Of a DNA stretch of 64,000 bases, positions 59,121-64,000 are shown in pieces. The stretch spans positions 260,474 to 324,473 of the forward strand of contig CAVYBB010000001.1 of assembly GCA_963766655.1 (NCBI GenBank), in the 5' to 3' direction. The first letter of the stretch is position 1; every line of letters begins with the position of its first letter. This DNA comes from an uncultured Chloroflexia bacterium (lineage in GTDB: Bacteria > Chloroflexota > Limnocylindria > Limnocylindrales > CSP1-4). Under the pieces are notes generated by a model. The model was not told the origin of the DNA and did not search any database. It worked only from the letters and a program-made list of their open reading frames with translations. A program made the translations under genes and the position numbers.

Positions 59121-59974
59121 GCGCGGACCCGGCGTTCGGCGCCGAATGGTCGGCCGGTCGGCGGCGCGGCACGGACGCCGAGCTCGACGGCTGGCTGGCT
59201 CTCGCGCACGCCGCCTGCGACGAGGCCGACGACCTCGCGCGGGGCGCCTTCCGGCGCGATCTCGAGATCACGACGAAGCCGGACCGGACGTTCGTCACGG
59301 AGGCCGACAAGTCGATCGAGCGAGCGATCCGCGCCCGGATCCTGACGGCTCACCCGGACCACGGCCTCGTGGGCGAGGAGTACGGGACGGAGGGCGCGGC
59401 CGCCGCAACCCGCTGGTACATCGACCCGATCGACGGCACCCACAACTTCATCCGCGGCGTGCCGCTGTTCGGGACCCTCCTCGCGGTCGCGCGGGACGGC
59501 GAGCTGCAGGCGGCGGTCCTGTCGGCGCCGGCCCTCCACGAGCGCTGGTGGGCGAGACGGGGTGGGGGAGCATGGGCCCGCGGCCACGATGACGAGGCGC
59601 CACGGCGGCTCCACGTGTCGGGGGTGACGTCGCTCGCGGACGCCCAGCTGCTCTACGGCTCGGGCCACGAGATCGAGGCCTCAGGGCTGGCGCCAGGATT
59701 CAAGGCGCTCCTTGGCGAGGTCTGGCGCGACCGGGGGTTCGGGGACTTCTGGGGCTACGCGCTCCTTGCCGGCGGGGCCGCCGAGGCGATGGTCGAAGTC
59801 GGGCTCTCGTCGTGGGATGCCGCGGCGCCCCTCGTCCTCGTCGAGGAGGCCGGCGGACGCGCGACGGACTTCGATGGCGAACGGGCGATCGACAGCGGCA
59901 CGTTCGTCGTGTCGAACGGGATCCTCCACGAGGTCATCCTGGAGCGGCTGAGGGCCGGAGGGAGTCCGCGGTAG
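59117..59974 (+). CDS. inositol monophosphatase-family protein (HisN/SuhB-like)
   Basis: FVTEADKSIE, WYIDPIDGTHNF and WDAAAPLVLVEEAGG motifs. GTGA overlap with the upstream gene. Confidence 0.8.
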   Translation: MSADPAFGAEWSAGRRRGTDAELDGWLALAHAACDEADDLARGAFRRDLEITTKPDRTFVTEADKSIERAIRARILTAHPDHGLVGEEYGTEGAAAATRWYIDPIDGTHNFIRGVPLFGTLLAVARDGELQAAVLSAPALHERWWARRGGGAWARGHDDEAPRRLHVSGVTSLADAQLLYGSGHEIEASGLAPGFKALLGEVWRDRGFGDFWGYALLAGGAAEAMVEVGLSSWDAAAPLVLVEEAGGRATDFDGERAIDSGTFVVSNGILHEVILERLRAGGSPR

Positions 59975-60078
59975 GCCGCCGCGTTCCGCGTGGCGTCGAA
60001 CGGGCCTCCCGTGCCGGCATAGTACCAATCGGACCAATATGGTGATATCATTCGGCGCCACATGCGAGTGCCGTCGAC

Positions 60079-60885
60079 GTGAAAGAACCGCTCTACTCGA
60101 TCATCGCCAGCCGGGCCGAGCGCCGGATTCTGTCCGGATCGTGGGCGCCCGGGACGCGCCTGCCGCCGGAGCGTGACCTGTGCGAGCTCCTCGACGTCAG
60201 CCGGGCGACGCTCCGCCAGGCCCTCGCCGAGCTCGAGCAGCGCGGCCTGATCTCCCGACACCAGGGCCGCGGAACGTTCGTCACGCGCCAGCGCGTCGAC
60301 ACCGCCATCAGCGGCCACTTCACGATCAGTGCGGCCCTCCGCGCACGCGGCCTGACGCTGGCGACGCGGGTTGTCTCGGTCGGCCTCGCCGAGGCGAGCC
60401 GGAGCGTCGCCCACGACCTGGGCATCCTGCCCGGTGACCCGGTCGTCCACCTCGAGCGCGTCCGTTCGCTGAGCGACGAGCCACTCCTGCTCGAGACCAC
60501 TGACCTGCCGTCGGCGCTGTTCCCCGGCCTCGAGACCGCCGACCTGACCGGGCGGTCGCTCTACGACATCCTGCGCGAGGACTACGATCGGACCGTCCAG
60601 ACGGCGACCGAGTCGCTCGAGCCGGTGATCCTGACGACCCGCGAGTCGACCATCCTCGAGATGCCGCGGCACGCGCCCGCGATGCTGATCCGGCGGATCT
60701 CGACCGACCAGGAGAGCATGCTCGTCGAGCTGTCGCACCTTCTGCTGCGGGGCGACCGCTCGCGGTTCCTCCTCGAGCGTCGGGTCCGCGACGCGTGGCC
60801 CGGCGCTCCGGCGCCCGACGGGACCGAACCTGCTGCCGCTTCCACGCCGGACCTGATCGCTGCATCTCTGCTCGTCGACGCATGA
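60079..60885 (+). CDS. GntR-family (HutC/UTRA-type) transcriptional regulator
   Basis: LPPERDLCELLDVSRATLRQALAELEQRGLISRHQGRGTFV HTH with a UTRA-like C-domain. Confidence 0.85.
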   Translation: MKEPLYSIIASRAERRILSGSWAPGTRLPPERDLCELLDVSRATLRQALAELEQRGLISRHQGRGTFVTRQRVDTAISGHFTISAALRARGLTLATRVVSVGLAEASRSVAHDLGILPGDPVVHLERVRSLSDEPLLLETTDLPSALFPGLETADLTGRSLYDILREDYDRTVQTATESLEPVILTTRESTILEMPRHAPAMLIRRISTDQESMLVELSHLLLRGDRSRFLLERRVRDAWPGAPAPDGTEPAAASTPDLIAASLLVDA

Positions 60886-60919
60886 CCAGGCCCACTGCGA
60901 TATCCCGGAGGACCGCCCG

Positions 60920-61744
60920 ATGACCGATCCCACCAGGCCCGATGCCGCCCGCCGGTGGCTCGGCGAGGCCCGGGGCGTCCTCGACCGTATCGAGGCCACG
61001 GAATTGGGCGCGATCGAGGAGGCGGCCGACCTGTTCGCCCGCACGATCGCGGCGGATGGCCTGGTCCACGTCTTCGGCTCGGGTCACTCACGGATGAATA
61101 CCGAGGAGATGTTCCCGCGGATCGGCAGCTTCCCGGGCTTCCATCCGATCGCCGAGCTGGCGATCTCGAACCATGTCGGCGTGGTCGGGCCGAACGGGCT
61201 CCGCCAGGCGATGTTCCTCGAGAAGGTCGACGGGTTCGGCCGGGTCATCCTCCAGCAGATCAAGCTCCACCCGGGCGATGCGTTCCTCATCTTCTCGAGC
61301 ACCGGGATCAACGGCGTCGTCATCGAGGTCGCCCTCTACGCGAAGGCGATGGGCCTGCCGGTGGTCGCCGTCACCTCGCTCGATCACACCAAGGCGACCG
61401 ATTCGCGCCATCCGTCGGGACGGAAGCTCGCCGAGGTCGCCGACATCGTCATCGACAACGCGAGCCCGGCCGGAGACGCCGCGGTCGAGATCGAGGGCCT
61501 GCCGTTCCGGGTCGGCCCGACGTCGTCGATCGGTGCGATCGCGGTCGTCAACATGCTCAAGTCGCGGACAGCCGAGCTGCTGGTCGGGCTCGGCGTGCCG
61601 CCGGTCGTCCTGACGAGCCCCCACTTCGTCGGCCAGAGCGCCGGCGCCGAACAGCTCGAACGCGTGTACGAGGAGTATTTCCGGCGGGTGACGCGTGCCT
61701 ACGACCCGGTCGGCGCCCTGACCGTCCCCGAGTCGTATGACTGA
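60920..61744 (+). CDS. SIS-domain protein (UPF0309-like sugar-phosphate binding)
   Basis: VHVFGSGHS and FLIFSSTGINGVVIE motifs. Confidence 0.7.
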   Translation: MTDPTRPDAARRWLGEARGVLDRIEATELGAIEEAADLFARTIAADGLVHVFGSGHSRMNTEEMFPRIGSFPGFHPIAELAISNHVGVVGPNGLRQAMFLEKVDGFGRVILQQIKLHPGDAFLIFSSTGINGVVIEVALYAKAMGLPVVAVTSLDHTKATDSRHPSGRKLAEVADIVIDNASPAGDAAVEIEGLPFRVGPTSSIGAIAVVNMLKSRTAELLVGLGVPPVVLTSPHFVGQSAGAEQLERVYEEYFRRVTRAYDPVGALTVPESYD

Positions 61745-62573
61745 CGCCGGCGGCGTGGCCGCGCGACGGTACGTCGGCAAGGTCTGCCTCGTCACCGGTT
61801 CGACCGGGATCGCCGCCGCGTCCGCGCAGCGATTCGCCGCCGAGGGCGGCCGAGTGTTCGTCGCGTCGCGCACCGACGACCATTGCCGCGATCTCGTCGA
61901 GGCGGTCCGCGCGGCCGGCGGCGAGGCAGGATACGAAGCCGCGAACCTGAGCGAGAACGGGGCCGCCGACCGCGTCGTTGCGGCCGCCATCGAGCGCTAC
62001 GGGCGGATCGACGCGGTCTTCAACGTCGCGGGCGGGAGCGGCCGGCGGTTCGGTGACGGGCCGGCCCACGAGGCAACGCCGGAAGGGTGGGACGCCACCC
62101 TCGACCTGAACCTGCGGAGCCAGTTCCTCATGTGCCGCGCGGCCATCGGCCAGATGCTGGGCCAGGAGCCGGACGACGTCGGGATGCGCGGCGCGATCCT
62201 GAACATGACCAGCATTCTCGCCTTCCATCCGTCGCCAGCCCATTTCCCGACACACGCCTACGCCGCAGCCAAGGGCGCGATCGTCTCGCTCACCGTCGCG
62301 ATGGCCGCGTACTACGCCCCGCGACGGATCCGGATCAACGCGGTCGCACCGTCGCTGACGCGGACGCCGATGGCGGGCCGGGCGGCGTCCGACCCGGCGA
62401 CCGTGGCGTTCGCGGCCTGGAAGCAGCCGCTCGTCGGCGGCCTCCTCGAGCCCGACGACGTCTCGGATGCGGCGGCGTTCCTCCTGTCCGGCGAGGCCCG
62501 CGCGATCACCGGCCAGGTCCTGAAGATCGACGGCGGATTCTCGGTCACAGAGTCGCCGCCGGACGGTGCCTGA
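61737..62573 (+). CDS. SDR-family oxidoreductase
   Basis: VTGSTGIAAA glycine motif and YAAAKGA catalytic motif. Confidence 0.8.
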   Translation: MTDAGGVAARRYVGKVCLVTGSTGIAAASAQRFAAEGGRVFVASRTDDHCRDLVEAVRAAGGEAGYEAANLSENGAADRVVAAAIERYGRIDAVFNVAGGSGRRFGDGPAHEATPEGWDATLDLNLRSQFLMCRAAIGQMLGQEPDDVGMRGAILNMTSILAFHPSPAHFPTHAYAAAKGAIVSLTVAMAAYYAPRRIRINAVAPSLTRTPMAGRAASDPATVAFAAWKQPLVGGLLEPDDVSDAAAFLLSGEARAITGQVLKIDGGFSVTESPPDGA

Positions 62574-63930
62574 GCCGATGGCCGGTTCCGCACCGAACCT
62601 GCCCCGCTACGGCTCCGGTCCGTTCGACGTCGTCGTCGTCGGCTCGGGCTCAGCCGGCTCGACCGCGGCGATCGCGGCAGCACGAGGCGGGGCGTCCGTG
62701 CTGCTTCTCGAGAAGCTGCCGTTCCTTGGCGGGACGAGCACGGCGGTCCTCGACACGTTCTATGGCTTCTACACGCCCGGATCGACGTCGCACAAGGTCG
62801 TCGGCGGCATTGCCGACGACGTCGTCGCCGGGCTGCGGGCGCTCGGCCCGGTGCTCGAGCGGCCCAACACGTTCGGGGCGGGCACCGGGGTCACCTACCA
62901 TCCGGACCATCTCAAGGTCGTCTGGGAGCGGCTCGTCACCGAGGCAGGCGCGGCGGTCCTCCTCCACGCCTTCGTCCAGGACGTCGAGGTCCGCGACGGT
63001 CGCGCCGGCGGGCTCGTCGTGGCGACGAAGGCGGGGCTCCGCCACGTCGAGGGCCGCGTCTTCATCGACGCCTCCGGGGAAGCCGACCTCTGTCACTTCG
63101 CCGGGTTCGGCTACGAGCTCGCGGGCGAGCTGGCACCCGCCCAGACCCTCACGACCACGTTCCGGATCGCGAACGTCGACCTCGAGCGCCGGCGCCGCGT
63201 CAGCAAGGCCGAGATCAACGCACTGATGGCCGACGCGGCCACCGCCGGCGGCTATGACCTGCCGCGGCGGGAGGGGAGCGACCACGTCACGCCGGTCGAT
63301 GGGATGACCGCGACGATCATGACCCGGCTCGATTCGTACCGCACCGACGACGGTCGGGTGGTCAACGCGACGGACCCGGACTTCCTCACCGCCGCCGAGA
63401 TCGCCGGCCGCCGCCAGGCGCTCGAATACGTTCGCTTCCTGTCCGATCGCGTCCCGGGCTACGAGCGGGCGGCGCTCGCGAGCCTGTCGACGCAGATCGG
63501 CGTCCGGGAGACCCGCCGCGTCCACGGCGACTACCGGCTCACGCGCGACGACGTCCTGGCCGCCCGTCACTTCGACGACGGAATCGGCCTCTGCGGCGCA
63601 CCCATCGAGGACCACCACGCCGGCGCAGACACGCACTGGGAGTACCTGCCCGACGGCCAGGCCGTCGAGATCCCGTACCGATCGCTCGTCGTCCGCGATG
63701 CATCGAACGTCCTCGTCGCCGGGCGCTGCTTCAGCGCCACCCACGACGCCCACGCGTCCGTGCGGTCGATGGCCCAGTGCATGGCGATGGGCCAGGCCGC
63801 GGGAACGGCAGCCGCGATGGCGGTCGCCGGCGACGTCGATCCGCGCGACGTCCCGATCCCCGCGCTCCGGAGCCGACTCGCCGCGGACGGTGCGATCCTG
63901 CGCCTGACAGAGCCGGTCGGCGCAGAGTAG
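62566..63930 (+). CDS. FAD-dependent oxidoreductase
   Basis: DVVVVGSGSAGSTAAIAAARGG dinucleotide-binding motif. Intact 454 aa. Confidence 0.75.
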   Translation: MPEPMAGSAPNLPRYGSGPFDVVVVGSGSAGSTAAIAAARGGASVLLLEKLPFLGGTSTAVLDTFYGFYTPGSTSHKVVGGIADDVVAGLRALGPVLERPNTFGAGTGVTYHPDHLKVVWERLVTEAGAAVLLHAFVQDVEVRDGRAGGLVVATKAGLRHVEGRVFIDASGEADLCHFAGFGYELAGELAPAQTLTTTFRIANVDLERRRRVSKAEINALMADAATAGGYDLPRREGSDHVTPVDGMTATIMTRLDSYRTDDGRVVNATDPDFLTAAEIAGRRQALEYVRFLSDRVPGYERAALASLSTQIGVRETRRVHGDYRLTRDDVLAARHFDDGIGLCGAPIEDHHAGADTHWEYLPDGQAVEIPYRSLVVRDASNVLVAGRCFSATHDAHASVRSMAQCMAMGQAAGTAAAMAVAGDVDPRDVPIPALRSRLAADGAILRLTEPVGAE

Positions 63931-63944
63931 GGCGAGGAACACCG

Positions 63945-64000
63945 ATGGACGTGTCGGGCGCATACCTGGTCGGGTTCGACATCGGCGGGACACGCCTGAA
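63945..64000 (+). CDS. 5' end of a ROK/BadF-type sugar kinase-like gene (partial, runs off the window)
   Basis: MDVSGAYLVGFDIGGTRL N-terminal phosphate-1 motif. Only 18 codons are visible. Confidence 0.4.
   Translation, partial: MDVSGAYLVGFDIGGTRL

Noticed and set aside
1-64000. tRNA, rRNA, IS elements, integrases, phage genes or defence systems.
   Set aside because: Scanning for T-loop-like GGTTCGAATCC variants on both strands, and for transposase, recombinase or nuclease motifs in the ORF track, gave nothing. The inverted-repeat elements have no associated transposase here.

Overview
High-G+C bacterial chromosomal segment (about 58-70% on the few 60-nt lines I counted by hand, mostly near the top). 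Gene content fits an aerobic Actinomycetota-like, possibly Chloroflexota-like, organism; this attribution is weak. I support about 60 protein-coding genes. I saw no rRNA, tRNA, CRISPR array, transposase or integrase. The provided ORF track uses ATG, GTG and TTG starts, and many of its long ORFs are antisense or out-of-frame shadows typical of GC-rich DNA. Main content: (1) Two CO-dehydrogenase/xanthine-dehydrogenase-family clusters. The first is a form II-like coxS-L-M set (AYRGAGR loop) followed by a full maturation set: MoeA-like, CoxD AAA+, CoxE VWA, XdhC, a MocA-methyltransferase fusion and a Zn-ribbon protein. The second is a form I coxM-S-L operon (AYRCSFR loop) followed by an XdhC-YHS fusion and CoxG. 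(2) Regulators: an ArsR-type gene with a duplicated operator-like site, an ECF sigma/anti-sigma pair flanked by paralogous PTET-repeat proteins, an STPK next to an OmpR/HK pair, an ArsR-SRPBCC fusion and a GntR regulator. (3) A minus-strand operon: ABC-2 exporter, small ORF, permease, rsgA and two double-GNAT paralogs. (4) A trio of degenerate ATPase, BchI/MoxR-like AAA and VWA protein. (5) A permease/kinase/dimethylglycine-oxidase-like cluster. The most unusual features are non-coding. A 1,040-bp ORF-free region upstream of the form I cox operon is built from nested direct, inverted and tandem repeats. A roughly 160-170-bp element bounded by 21-nt inverted repeats occurs twice. A near-palindromic motif recurs in two long intergenic regions. 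An 886-bp gap contains a complete promoter/SD/26-codon ORF/intrinsic-terminator unit just upstream of the ABC operon. Reading-frame breaks are frequent and unevenly distributed, with at least 25 between 45.3 and 59.1 kb. Without reads I cannot tell assembly indels from real pseudogenisation.
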